IMG/VR virus record: IMGVR_UViG_3300028840_002190
Reading direction: 5' to 3' (one strand)
DNA from: a virus
DNA: 64,000 bases
Below, one piece after another: positions 28,029-37,123 of this stretch. Each line of letters starts with the position of its first letter. Position 1 is the stretch's first letter. The position numbers and the translations under genes were made by a program. The notes below the pieces were generated by a model. That model was given only the letters and a program-made list of their open reading frames with translations. It was not told the DNA's origin and made no database searches.

Positions 28029-28400
28029 ATGAAGACGCCATTCGAAATGGGGTATCGGGACGCGCTGATGAAGCTCGGCACCGACGCAACATCCACGTGG
28101 ATGCCGCCAGGGGCGAGACCTGAAAGACCGTCTATGTTCCAAGGATCAGAGGCTGCAGCGCACTCTCGCCGGGTGGGGGCCGACAAGGCTCCCCCAGGAC
28201 TTCTACGTAAAGGCTGGTCGAAGTTTCGGAGTCTCCCGCTCAAAGCGCAGATCGGAATAGGGGCGGGGGCTGCCGGACTGGCGGGTCTCGGTGCTCTGCT
28301 AGCCAAAAAAGAGAAAGAGCAGCCTGGAAGCCGATTCGCTTATCGGGACAACACCCCTGAATTGCAAGCCGCAGCTTATCAGCAGAGACTGTACTCCTAA
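28029..28400 (+). CDS. glycine-zipper protein with GY..KLG leader
   Basis: MKTPFEMGYRDALMKLG; TATAATT at 28016-28022. Confidence 0.7.
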   Translation: MKTPFEMGYRDALMKLGTDATSTWMPPGARPERPSMFQGSEAAAHSRRVGADKAPPGLLRKGWSKFRSLPLKAQIGIGAGAAGLAGLGALLAKKEKEQPGSRFAYRDNTPELQAAAYQQRLYS

Positions 28401-28873
28401 TCCGCACGTACAAAGCTGGCGACGCCCAACGCCCCTATCGCCACAGTCTCAACAAGAATAACACTCCACATGAGTACCTTTTCGATCTTGTGGCTCTTGC
28501 TTCCAGATAGGAGAGAGGTTTCGAGCTCGCCCACTCGAGTCTTCCGGTAGTCGTTGTCAGCTTGCAGAAGTTTGATGGTTGCTTCGTAGCTGCTGATCTT
28601 GAGCTCATAGGCTGTGACGATGTCGTTATGCGCGTCCAGGGCTCCCTGAATCTTCAGCCGCCATTTGAAGAGTCCCTGGTAATCAGCTGCCAAGAGCGCT
28701 ACGTTCTGCCACCCCTTTACCGTAGTGCACACACGAGTCTCCCCGTCGATCTCCTCTATTGTAGGGGTAGGGAGCCGTCGAAGCGTCTCGTAGGGATTCG
28801 CATCAGGAACCACGTCGTCGGCGTACGACACCGTAGGCGCTAAGACCAAAAGAAAAGCCAGTAGGTATCTCAT
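28397..28873 (-). CDS. secreted coiled-coil protein with C-terminal TM (spanin-like?)
   Basis: signal peptide, coiled coil, C-terminal hydrophobic helix. Confidence 0.55.
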   Translation of the reverse strand: MRYLLAFLLVLAPTVSYADDVVPDANPYETLRRLPTPTIEEIDGETRVCTTVKGWQNVALLAADYQGLFKWRLKIQGALDAHNDIVTAYELKISSYEATIKLLQADNDYRKTRVGELETSLLSGSKSHKIEKVLMWSVILVETVAIGALGVASFVRAD

Positions 28874-29250
28874 AGTCCCAGCTCCTCCTGGATCTTGAGC
28901 AGTTCCTCAGCGCTTGTCGCTTTGAGGATCTTCTCACGAGCCTTGAGAGTATCTTGGTCGATGTCCCCGGCCTGGTTCAACTTGGTCGCCATCTCTTTCT
29001 TTTTGGCCTTGAGCAGTCCATCAAGAACCTTGCGCTGGTCGTCGTACCCTTCTAGCGCGGTATCGACGACGTTGTCGTGCGCTTTGTCAGACTTGGTCCG
29101 GTCTACTCGAGGTCCAGGCAAAAATTTAGCGATCCCTGCCAGGACCGCCAAAAGGACAATGCCAACCAACGCAAGCACTCCTAACACTTTGCCCCACCAG
29201 GGGAGACCCTTGTACCAGGCCCATGTGTCGGAGAGCTTGCGTTGGAGCAT
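28870..29250 (-). CDS. type II membrane coiled-coil protein (i-spanin-like?)
   Basis: N-terminal TM followed by a coiled coil. Confidence 0.55.
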   Translation of the reverse strand: MLQRKLSDTWAWYKGLPWWGKVLGVLALVGIVLLAVLAGIAKFLPGPRVDRTKSDKAHDNVVDTALEGYDDQRKVLDGLLKAKKKEMATKLNQAGDIDQDTLKAREKILKATSAEELLKIQEELGL

Positions 29251-29254
29251 TGGT

Positions 29255-29431
29255 CTATTCCTCCTTCTGGACTTGCCAGTCGATGAACTCAACATCCTCA
29301 TCATACTCCGGATCGTCATAAATATCACCGTGACCGTCAGCGACAAGGAGGAGTGCCTCTATTTCGCTGACGGCCTCGATGTGTACTTCTTGGATCCAGC
29401 GTTCGCGCTTGAAGACCCGGTACCGGGTCAT
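29255..29431 (-). CDS. hypothetical protein (58 aa)
   Basis: MTRYRVFKRERWIQEVHIEA; ATGA overlap. Confidence 0.5.
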   Translation of the reverse strand: MTRYRVFKRERWIQEVHIEAVSEIEALLLVADGHGDIYDDPEYDEDVEFIDWQVQKEE

Positions 29432-29700
29432 ACGGCTGCGTTCTGCAGGCTGCTGCACCGGCGCAACTTCGGCGTGGGCAGTGAGTACGTCGAGTTGAGG
29501 TGGTCGTCGCACGCGTAGTTCCCCTGGAACCAGTTGAGTTTGTTCGACCGATTCTTGTGGGCGCCACACACAGCGCATCCCATTGCCAGCTTGGCGCTCA
29601 TGCATTCGGTGCAGTAGCGCCTCGCGTTCGCAGGGGTCTTGACACACACCTCAATGAGGGTGTGACAGCCCGAGCACTTTCGCAGTGTCTTTTTGGACAT
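29428..29700 (-). CDS. Cys-rich zinc-finger protein
   Basis: CSGC, CTEC, CAVC, ACDDH. Confidence 0.6.
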   Translation of the reverse strand: MSKKTLRKCSGCHTLIEVCVKTPANARRYCTECMSAKLAMGCAVCGAHKNRSNKLNWFQGNYACDDHLNSTYSLPTPKLRRCSSLQNAAV

Positions 29701-29745
29701 TCCACACCTCCTTTACCTAACCTAAGACACCTTTAACCACGAAAT

Positions 29746-29994
29746 TTACGAAAAGCAAACTGCTTTGCTCACTTTTGGTATCTTCGGAGGATCGCCGAGT
29801 TCTTTTTTCGACGTTGGACGTTCCGTCCATTCGTACGTCGTGAAACCGTCGATAAAATGAACTCGGCGAGGCCGGACGTAGATATCGAAAGTGTGTACAA
29901 ACGTCTGACTGTCGTGCCTCGGTAAGGGTGTAACACCCTCGAGTGCCGTAACGGCGTTATCCAGTTTGCTGAAGTAAAAAGGGAGAGGGAGCAC
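29746..29994 (-). CDS. hypothetical protein
   Basis: 82-aa ORF. Confidence 0.4.
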   Translation of the reverse strand: MLPLPFYFSKLDNAVTALEGVTPLPRHDSQTFVHTFDIYVRPRRVHFIDGFTTYEWTERPTSKKELGDPPKIPKVSKAVCFS

Positions 29995-30002
29995 ATGCTA
30001 CT

Positions 30003-30218
30003 AGGCTCTGGGAGTGACCTGCAGAGCTCATGATCTAGAAAAGCGGCATTTTCGTTGGATCACCTCGAGCCGCGGTTACGAGACTAGCGAGTCTAGTCCC
30101 GTGGGGCGGGGCCGCGAAGGACAACGATGTCCGAGCAGACGAAGTAACCACGCCTCGAGGTGATCTAACGAAAAACGCATTTTCTAGATCATGAGCTCTG
30201 CATGGTTACTCGTAGCCT
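30003..30218. repeat. long imperfect inverted repeat / candidate structured RNA
   Basis: ~60-bp arms at 30020-30079 and 30144-30202 enclosing short hairpins. Confidence 0.85.
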
Positions 30219-30363
30219 CGTGCCACTTAATGGAAAACCGATGTTAGACAGTTACTGTCTATGGCCCTCGTTTGCTCGTCAGGGAGCAGAGGCCGGGCGA
30301 GAGATTCCCGACATGCCCCCGTTCGTGCCAGGGCGCTAGCATGTGCACTAGCTTTCGCCCCTC

Positions 30364-31239
30364 TCAAATTGGTGTCGGAAGCGGCTTGCTGGGCGAATAG
30401 CGAAGCCGCGTGACTTCTTCTTTACGGTAGGCGTTCCACGCAATGATGCACTTCGCGAAGATCTCTCTCCGCGTAGCTGCTGACTTGTTGGTGAGGATGT
30501 TGGCGCCGGAGTTGAGCGTGGCGGTGAGGAGGAAGTTGTTCAGCTGGCGGTCGGGAAGGTCCGGAGAGATTCCCGTAGCGTCTCGGACAGCGGTCCAGAA
30601 CCGTCGGCTGAAGTCTTCGCTGATCTTGTAGGTCTCGAAGATGGCGGCTACTACGGCTCCCTTCTTCATGAACTTGAACCCCCCGGAACCCGACGTCTTG
30701 GAGAGCTCTTGTACGAAGAGGATGAAGTCCTCATTCTTGGTCAGGAGCTGCGCTCGATCCTCCCTGCGTTTGGCCATGTACTGCTCACCCCACTTGGCGT
30801 AAGCGAGCGCCGTCGTACAGAGATTGACGAGCCACGTGGGCATGTCCATGAGGGACTCGAGCGTCCCCGCGTAGACGCGGTTGACGTCACCGGCGTTTCG
30901 GGAGCTCACTCCAGAATCGAACTTGGAGTAGAGCTCGGCGACCTCCTCCATGTCCTTGCACTCGTAGACCGTCACGTTGACACGCAGGCCCGAGTTGACG
31001 AGCTTCGGGTTGGTGTGGAAGAGGTAACTCGTGTGCTGTCCGTTCACGCGGTAGACGTCGTTGCCCACTTGAGCCGCCGCCCACTGAAAGACGATGGTCT
31101 TCTTGGTCTTGACGTCGGCACAGAGTTCTCGGATGCGCTTCTGGCTCAGCGGACGCTCTCGAGGGACGGGCTCCATGGTGGCGTACTTCTTGGCCAGCGC
31201 CTTTGTTAACGCGGTCGTTTTGGTGTGCAGAATGCGCAT
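30364..31239 (-). CDS. ParB-N/DGQHR-like domain protein
   Basis: ERPLSQKRIRELCAD...VYRVNGQHT; GC3-rich; GGTAAAAG at 31292-31299. Confidence 0.6.
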   Translation of the reverse strand: MRILHTKTTALTKALAKKYATMEPVPRERPLSQKRIRELCADVKTKKTIVFQWAAAQVGNDVYRVNGQHTSYLFHTNPKLVNSGLRVNVTVYECKDMEEVAELYSKFDSGVSSRNAGDVNRVYAGTLESLMDMPTWLVNLCTTALAYAKWGEQYMAKRREDRAQLLTKNEDFILFVQELSKTSGSGGFKFMKKGAVVAAIFETYKISEDFSRRFWTAVRDATGISPDLPDRQLNNFLLTATLNSGANILTNKSAATRREIFAKCIIAWNAYRKEEVTRLRYSPSKPLPTPI

Positions 31240-31314
31240 CGGATAGTACCTCCCTCGTAGTTAGCAACCCACATAGGGGACAGATTGATTACTTTTACCA
31301 CGTAAAAAGGAGTT

Positions 31315-31770
31315 TTAAGCTTGGCGGTTGAGTAACCGCTCCTTGACGAGTTGCGCCAAGAAAGAAGTACTCTCTATCTCGTAACCATCCGCGCTTATTG
31401 CGATAGCTCCGCCACCGAATTCGTCCGTTCGAGGTTTGCTACAAGAGTCAGCCCATTGAAGGAGTACTACGTCTTTTCGATTGTGCTCATGCAAGAACGT
31501 AGAGATGAACGAGGCTACTATATCGAGATTAGTCCCTTCCTCTTCGTAGAAGTACGCCTCGTCCGCATGTTCGTCGATATCCACGGTCCCAGGAGGCCAG
31601 CCCCAGTCTAGAACGTCTGGCTTGGCCAACTCAAAAAGTGCGCAGAATTTCTCGAGCTCTTTCTCTTCTAGCTCCTCGGGATCGATTGACGTGTGGGAGA
31701 GAAGCCAAGCACGCTCAGCTCGGTTGTGTATAGAAACGGCGATGCTGTACTGACAGTAGTTATTAGCCAT
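31315..31770 (-). CDS. hypothetical acidic protein
   Basis: WADSCSKPRTDEFGGGA motif. Confidence 0.6.
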   Translation of the reverse strand: MANNYCQYSIAVSIHNRAERAWLLSHTSIDPEELEEKELEKFCALFELAKPDVLDWGWPPGTVDIDEHADEAYFYEEEGTNLDIVASFISTFLHEHNRKDVVLLQWADSCSKPRTDEFGGGAIAISADGYEIESTSFLAQLVKERLLNRQA

Positions 31771-31774
31771 CGGT

Positions 31775-31975
31775 TCAATCCTCGTCGTCGAGATAATCGA
31801 CATCTGGTGCCCAGGGGTGCAGGTCCCAGTGCAGGTCCGAGAGCTTGTCAGCTATCTCGGAGAGTTCCATACGCTCACTGTCTTGAATATCCGCGGTCTC
31901 GGAATCCCGAAGATCCCGGATACCGCGGACGCAGATGCCCAGGAGCATCCGCACTTCTTGGATGTTGACGTTCAT
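31775..31975 (-). CDS. hypothetical protein
   Basis: AAGGAGG RBS. Confidence 0.55.
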   Translation of the reverse strand: MNVNIQEVRMLLGICVRGIRDLRDSETADIQDSERMELSEIADKLSDLHWDLHPWAPDVDYLDDED

Positions 31976-31988
31976 ACTGTCCTCCTTG

Positions 31989-32062
<74 letters not shown>

Positions 32063-32309
32063 GGTGTGTCGCTGTTTTCGTAACGTCCGCTATTGTACTT
32101 CACTGGATGCTAACGATGTCCATTCTGCAACCATGGTGATCCAGGGGTGAATCGTGACAACTCTTCAGAGTTGGCGCGATGAACATCACATGGTTGCTTC
32201 GTAGTGTGCATCCAGTGATAGCGGACAGAGCGAATATGCGTGCACAGAATACACGCGATTCGAGAAAGTATCTTTCTCTTTGAGCGCTCCGACTCAAACC
32301 CACACTTTG

Positions 32310-32394
32310 TACCAGGGACGGGAATCGAACCCGTACGGAGTTACCTCCACAGGATTTTAAGTCCCGTGCGTCTACCTAGTTCCGCCACCCTGGC
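32310..32394 (-). tRNA. tRNA-Leu(UAA)
   Basis: long variable arm; CGGGA-CTTAAAA-TCCTG. Confidence 0.95.
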
Positions 32395-32951
32395 TATTTT
32401 TTGGAGATCAAGTCTTCAAGATTGGCAGGTAAGCTGTCAGCATTCTGCTGCACCATTGGTTCTACCGGAGGAGGCTCGGGAAGATCAAACTGGTCCTCTT
32501 CGGGGAGCTCTTCGATAGCTGCGGAGAGAGGGTCGTCGATTCGGAGAGACTTGGACATCTTGTGCCCTCCGGACCCATAACCCATAGGAGCACCCGAACC
32601 GCCTCCACCAATGCCTCCCCCATAAACAGCAGGCTCAGGCCCGGATTCTTCTTCGACAGCGCTGTCTACCATGCTGAGCTCGACGCGGAGCTCAGTCACC
32701 ATGCTGAACAGCTTGGCGTTGATTGAACGTTGGTACTCGAGTTCCCGGGCGAGACGCTCACGATCCTTCTCAGCGCTCTTGAACTGGTCTCGAATCAGAT
32801 CAAGAACCATCTCGCTCTTGTCGTCAGCTTTCTGGGCCTTTTCACCTGCGGTATCAAAAACATTGAATCCCACAGCAGTGATGAGAGCTGCTACCCCCGA
32901 GAGGATGCCGCCCCACGTCCCGGTAATCCTTGCCGCGCGTGATTCTGCCAT
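32394..32951 (-). CDS. membrane-anchored coiled-coil protein
   Basis: N-terminal TM, coiled coil, Gly-rich linker. Confidence 0.65.
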   Translation of the reverse strand: MAESRAARITGTWGGILSGVAALITAVGFNVFDTAGEKAQKADDKSEMVLDLIRDQFKSAEKDRERLARELEYQRSINAKLFSMVTELRVELSMVDSAVEEESGPEPAVYGGGIGGGGSGAPMGYGSGGHKMSKSLRIDDPLSAAIEELPEEDQFDLPEPPPVEPMVQQNADSLPANLEDLISKK

Positions 32952-33007
32952 GTCAGAAAACCTCCTGACTTAAGCATACGACGACTTTTACCAAAAAAGA
33001 ATTAGGA

Positions 33008-33676
33008 TTAGCGGGTGTTAGGCACGTCAACAGTAGCGACGATTCGAACCCTGTTCAGATCTTCGTATGTCTGGAATGCGAGGGAAGGGAGGCCCTGAAC
33101 GGTCACGCGGTCTCTAGCTCTGTCAGGAACAGAGAGGTCGTCTCTGTCGAGCTGGATAGAGAAAGGATGGCCGCCCTTAAAGGACTGTGCGAAGACTCCC
33201 CCTGCCTGGAGGATGAAGGGGCGAGTCGCCACAGGATCTTCCGCAATGGTCTCGTTGTAGGGATCAAACGCACCGTAGTAGACTCCCACTGCTCCAACAT
33301 CACAGCGAACGATCAGGCTCGTGAGCAACAGCTGCCCTCCAAACTTAGGCTGCATTGCCAGTCTATTCTCTACCGGAAACTGGATAGCGTAGAGCCAACC
33401 CGGATCGATGTAGATAGGGATCGACTTCAGGTAATCTGGGAAGTCTGAAAAGTCTTTAGCGTCGTTTGTAGGCCCCAGATCAAGAGTCGCTACAAGACGA
33501 GATTTAAAATCCTCATCGAAGTCGAAGTGGATTACGGGCTTCTTATCCGCAGCGTCATTTTCTTGGAGAGGGAAAGTGAGCGCGCCTTCAGTTTTGATGT
33601 GCCCAGACCGGTTGTCATACTGGGCTACGAGTGCTGAAGCAGGAAACGCCTGGTTGGATGTGGGTGCAGATGCCAT
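33008..33676 (-). CDS. putative virion protein
   Basis: beta-rich; in an operon with the tail-fibre-like paralogs. Confidence 0.5.
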   Translation of the reverse strand: MASAPTSNQAFPASALVAQYDNRSGHIKTEGALTFPLQENDAADKKPVIHFDFDEDFKSRLVATLDLGPTNDAKDFSDFPDYLKSIPIYIDPGWLYAIQFPVENRLAMQPKFGGQLLLTSLIVRCDVGAVGVYYGAFDPYNETIAEDPVATRPFILQAGGVFAQSFKGGHPFSIQLDRDDLSVPDRARDRVTVQGLPSLAFQTYEDLNRVRIVATVDVPNTR

Positions 33677-34302
33677 TAGACGTACTCCACGAATCTGTAG
33701 AAGCTCGTCACAGAGAGGCGAACTCCCGTTGTAGTGGTAGCCTGAATCCCCAAGAGGCCCATGGCAGAGTTAGCGACTCCTGCTTCATCCGTCCCCATGA
33801 GGGGAGGGTTGGGGTCAGCCCAAAAAAGGAAATCTCCCTTTTCCATGGGGTATGGGACGTACTGGGTAGACCTCACTGAAGGTCCGAGTTGCATCTGGTT
33901 ATTGAGCATGATGCAGGACCCTTCAGTGCACTCAATGTAGAGTGCGACCAAGTACCCCCAGAGGCCCGGACCGTACTCGAAAGAGTATGCGGGTTCATAT
34001 ACGGGATACGCGGCGTAGAGCCCGTACTGATCGTCCAACATGTACCCCAAGCCCACCGAAGGATCGAACGAGTGTTCAATAGAGTACATGGCGTGGTAGT
34101 CCACGTCTGATACTAACTCCTCGAGAACTGCCGATTTGTCGACATCAGGCTTACCCATGTCGAACTCACTCGAGAAGTCTACTCCGAGTTTGAATTCGGT
34201 CTCAGGAAGCGTAAGAGGATTAGGCAGTAGCCCGAGGATTCCTGAGCCTACCGCGAAGCCTCCGAAAGCTCCCGAGCCAAATGCGCCTGATCCGAATCCC
34301 AT
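33676..34302 (-). CDS. putative virion protein
   Basis: N-terminal GFGSGAFGSGAFGG repeat typical of phage structural proteins. Confidence 0.55.
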   Translation of the reverse strand: MGFGSGAFGSGAFGGFAVGSGILGLLPNPLTLPETEFKLGVDFSSEFDMGKPDVDKSAVLEELVSDVDYHAMYSIEHSFDPSVGLGYMLDDQYGLYAAYPVYEPAYSFEYGPGLWGYLVALYIECTEGSCIMLNNQMQLGPSVRSTQYVPYPMEKGDFLFWADPNPPLMGTDEAGVANSAMGLLGIQATTTTGVRLSVTSFYRFVEYV

Positions 34303-34313
34303 GACTTACTCCG

Positions 34314-34772
34314 TTACTTGGCTGCCGTGGCCTGCTCCAACAAGAAAATTCCGGTGCCTCCGCTGTTCAAAAAAACAGGGATGTCTGCAACTCCGAACGG
34401 CCCAGCTCCTATGCCGGTACTCCCCACTATCCCAGGAGTATTCCACTTGACACCCGCAGGTCCTGATACGTATAGCGCCTGGCCTGAAGGAATAGCGAAG
34501 GGGCCTCCCATTAACCGGATGGACGCGAATCCCCACCGCGGAACGAGCAGGTACACGACATCCAATAGCGTCAAGGTCGATGTAGGGCTATCCCAAGACA
34601 TGTCCCCGTAGGTTTGAGGCCCCAAAATGATGCCGATACGCTGCTGCGTCATCATGATCTCGATATCGAGATCCGACATCTGACCTTCGTATTGCTCGTC
34701 CCACGGATCGAGATCTGCAGCGGGATACCGAATGTTCAAGTTGGAAGTGTATCTGTAGTTCGGGTCAGCCAT
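34314..34772 (-). CDS. MADP-family putative fibre/appendage protein 3
   Basis: MADPNYRYTSNLNIRYPAADLDPWD. Confidence 0.65.
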   Translation of the reverse strand: MADPNYRYTSNLNIRYPAADLDPWDEQYEGQMSDLDIEIMMTQQRIGIILGPQTYGDMSWDSPTSTLTLLDVVYLLVPRWGFASIRLMGGPFAIPSGQALYVSGPAGVKWNTPGIVGSTGIGAGPFGVADIPVFLNSGGTGIFLLEQATAAK

Positions 34773-34783
34773 CTTTCACTCCT

Positions 34784-35257
34784 TTAAAGCGTAGACGGGT
34801 ATGCGAAATGGTCTTGAATGCCCATGACGAATGCGCCTGCGATGTGAAGACCGAATACTACTTGCCCTCTAACGTAAGCGGCAGGGGCGGTAGGCGTCAC
34901 AAACAACTCAGCAGCACCTATAGCGTACGTACTGTCCCAAGGGATATCCTCAGGGACGTTCATCAACACGTAGTTGTCGGCTGGAACTACAAGAGGAGTG
35001 GCCCCGTCACCCCATGTAAAGACACCGCCAAAGATGGGACACAGCATTGTGAACCCATTGATGGTGAGCGTGGTCGACGCAGTGTCCCACTCTATCTTGC
35101 GCCCAACGAACGCCAATCGTGCCGACTGCATGGCGAAAAGGATGGTCACGTCAAGTCGGTCCATCTGCTCGATGTACTTGTCATCCCACGGATCGAGATC
35201 CTTCGCAGGATACGATAAGTGGAGATTCGAAGTTACTCTGATATCAGGATCAGCCAT
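34784..35257 (-). CDS. MADP-family putative fibre/appendage protein 2
   Basis: MADPDIRVTSNLHLSYPAKDLDPWD. Confidence 0.65.
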   Translation of the reverse strand: MADPDIRVTSNLHLSYPAKDLDPWDDKYIEQMDRLDVTILFAMQSARLAFVGRKIEWDTASTTLTINGFTMLCPIFGGVFTWGDGATPLVVPADNYVLMNVPEDIPWDSTYAIGAAELFVTPTAPAAYVRGQVVFGLHIAGAFVMGIQDHFAYPSTL

Positions 35258-35270
35258 GACTCAGCACTCC

Positions 35271-35765
35271 TTACGGGAACGAAATGGTACGCGATGTCGT
35301 CCTGAGGAGGAACGCGATCTCTCCAGGCATGGACCCGTCGTAAACTAATAGCGGGATGCGTCTCTCGTTGGGTTCATAAGTAGACATGTCTGCGGTGAAT
35401 ATTCCGTTCGCGGCCCACATACCTGTACCTCTCCACCAAGGGTTAGGCGATGCTGAACCGACATCAACATACGCAAGTTGTGAAGGCGATACCGCGAGGC
35501 TCGTGGGGCCAAGGGTGATGACTCCCCCGGTAGCAGAGACATACAGACGGATGTTACCGTTGACTGTAAGCTGAGAACCATTCCACGTCAGATAAGTGTT
35601 TAAATCCCCTGCATCCACCAAAACAGTACCGATATTGACCGAATAGGCCAGCCACTTTTCAAGATCATTCATCTGCTGGATGATCTGCTTGTCATCAGGT
35701 ATCAGGCCCGTGTTCGGGTACTTGAGCCTAAGATATTCAGTTTGTCGGGTGCTTGGATCGGCCAT
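35271..35765 (-). CDS. MADP-family putative fibre/appendage protein 1
   Basis: MADPSTRQTEYLRLKYP; TATACTT at 35799-35805. Confidence 0.65.
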   Translation of the reverse strand: MADPSTRQTEYLRLKYPNTGLIPDDKQIIQQMNDLEKWLAYSVNIGTVLVDAGDLNTYLTWNGSQLTVNGNIRLYVSATGGVITLGPTSLAVSPSQLAYVDVGSASPNPWWRGTGMWAANGIFTADMSTYEPNERRIPLLVYDGSMPGEIAFLLRTTSRTISFP

Positions 35766-35830
35766 GGGAGTGCGCCTCCTTCTAGTGAATTTCAGCTAAA
35801 GTATAGGCCGAAAGCCAAAAAAATGCGACT

Positions 35831-36055
35831 TCAGTCTTCGGGGTCAGGTTCGAGTCGTGCCTCGGACTCTCGGATAGCAGCCAAGCACTTTGGGCAGTTG
35901 GAGTACTGCACCTCAGGGGTGTACTTGGTGCCATCCGTAGAGACGTAGACTTCGTCTAAGGGAGAGTCGTCTTTATCGAAGTCTGGAGACACCCACTTCC
36001 CGCTACAGCAGATTCTGTAACGGGGAGGGTCGTATGCGTCTGTGCAGTGAACCAT
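35831..36055 (-). CDS. small Cys-containing hypothetical protein
   Basis: GGAGG RBS; ICCSG...CPKC. Confidence 0.45.
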   Translation of the reverse strand: MVHCTDAYDPPRYRICCSGKWVSPDFDKDDSPLDEVYVSTDGTKYTPEVQYSNCPKCLAAIRESEARLEPDPED

Positions 36056-36319
36056 GTCGGCCTCCCTACTACTAGAGTAGCACCTTTGGATTCGACATCC
36101 AAGGCGCTCCTGGCAGCCTCCTGTAGGCGCCATTCATCAGCTTACCGGGTTAATATCTCCGTGTCAGGTACTAGAGATGCATGGCGCCTACAGGGGCAGC
36201 CGGAGGTCCTTGGATGTCGGACTCCGAACGTACGCTACTGTGGCGCTAAATTATCCCGGCGAACAAGGACGTAACGTCCTCTACCCCACTCAGCGGTTTG
36301 GGGGTGCTAGTAGAGATTG

Positions 36320-37087
36320 CTATTGGTTTTCGTACAGCCGACCGGCGAGGTGTCCGTATCCGCGTTCGTAAAGATCGGAGAGGGTGTTTGCACGTTCGCG
36401 CGCTTCCCGCATCCCTTCGAGGGTACCTTCGCCTCCACCGAGAGCAGCTCCAGCAATCTGGGATTGGAGACGTGAGCTAGTGTCCTCATCCTCACCACCC
36501 CCGAGACCACCCAAAGCGGCTCCTGAGAGAGCACCTTCGAGTCCACGCTCCGTCATGAGCTCCTTCATGAGCCCTTCACGAATGTCTCCGTACTCTTGGG
36601 GTGTGAGCGGCTGCGCCGTCTGCTCTTGGATACCGCGAGCATGCGGTACGAGCCCCTCATGCGTGCCGTAAGGCATATGACGCGGAACGCGACCTTCCTG
36701 AGCAATCTCACCGAGGGTTGTCCCCCAACGCTTTCCGTGACGCTCAGCACCGCTACGGCGCGATAAACCGCTCAAGGCACCAAGCCCACCGCCCCCGAGG
36801 AGACCCAGGCCGCCTCCGATGAGCGCACCCTTTCCTCCTCCGAGTCCGTATCCGAGGCCGCCTCCCAAGAGTCCTCCGAGGCCACCCCCGACGATGCCTC
36901 CCGTGGTGGGAGCATCACGGTGACGTTCGTAGCCTTCTTGGCCCTTCATCTTGGAAAACGCCTGGATCTCCTCAGGAGTAATTTCACGCCGCTTATTCCC
37001 CGTGAGGGCTGCGGCGATATCTTCTTCCGTGATCTCAGCCAACTTGGTCATCACTTCGCGGTAACCTTGAACAAATGCGGGATGCAT
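36320..37087 (-). CDS. glycine-zipper protein with GY..KLA leader
   Basis: MHPAFVQGYREVMTKLA; long GGLGGLLGGG zippers; TATACTT at 37115-37121. Confidence 0.75.
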   Translation of the reverse strand: MHPAFVQGYREVMTKLAEITEEDIAAALTGNKRREITPEEIQAFSKMKGQEGYERHRDAPTTGGIVGGGLGGLLGGGLGYGLGGGKGALIGGGLGLLGGGGLGALSGLSRRSGAERHGKRWGTTLGEIAQEGRVPRHMPYGTHEGLVPHARGIQEQTAQPLTPQEYGDIREGLMKELMTERGLEGALSGAALGGLGGGEDEDTSSRLQSQIAGAALGGGEGTLEGMREARERANTLSDLYERGYGHLAGRLYENQ

Positions 37088-37123
37088 GGGGGAACCTCCT
37101 TCAAAGTTCCTCACAAGTATAGT

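Noticed and set aside
30019-30075. Cloning polylinker artefact
   Set aside because: Sites overlap each other and are mirrored in an imperfect natural-looking inverted repeat with wobble-type differences, in intergenic phage context
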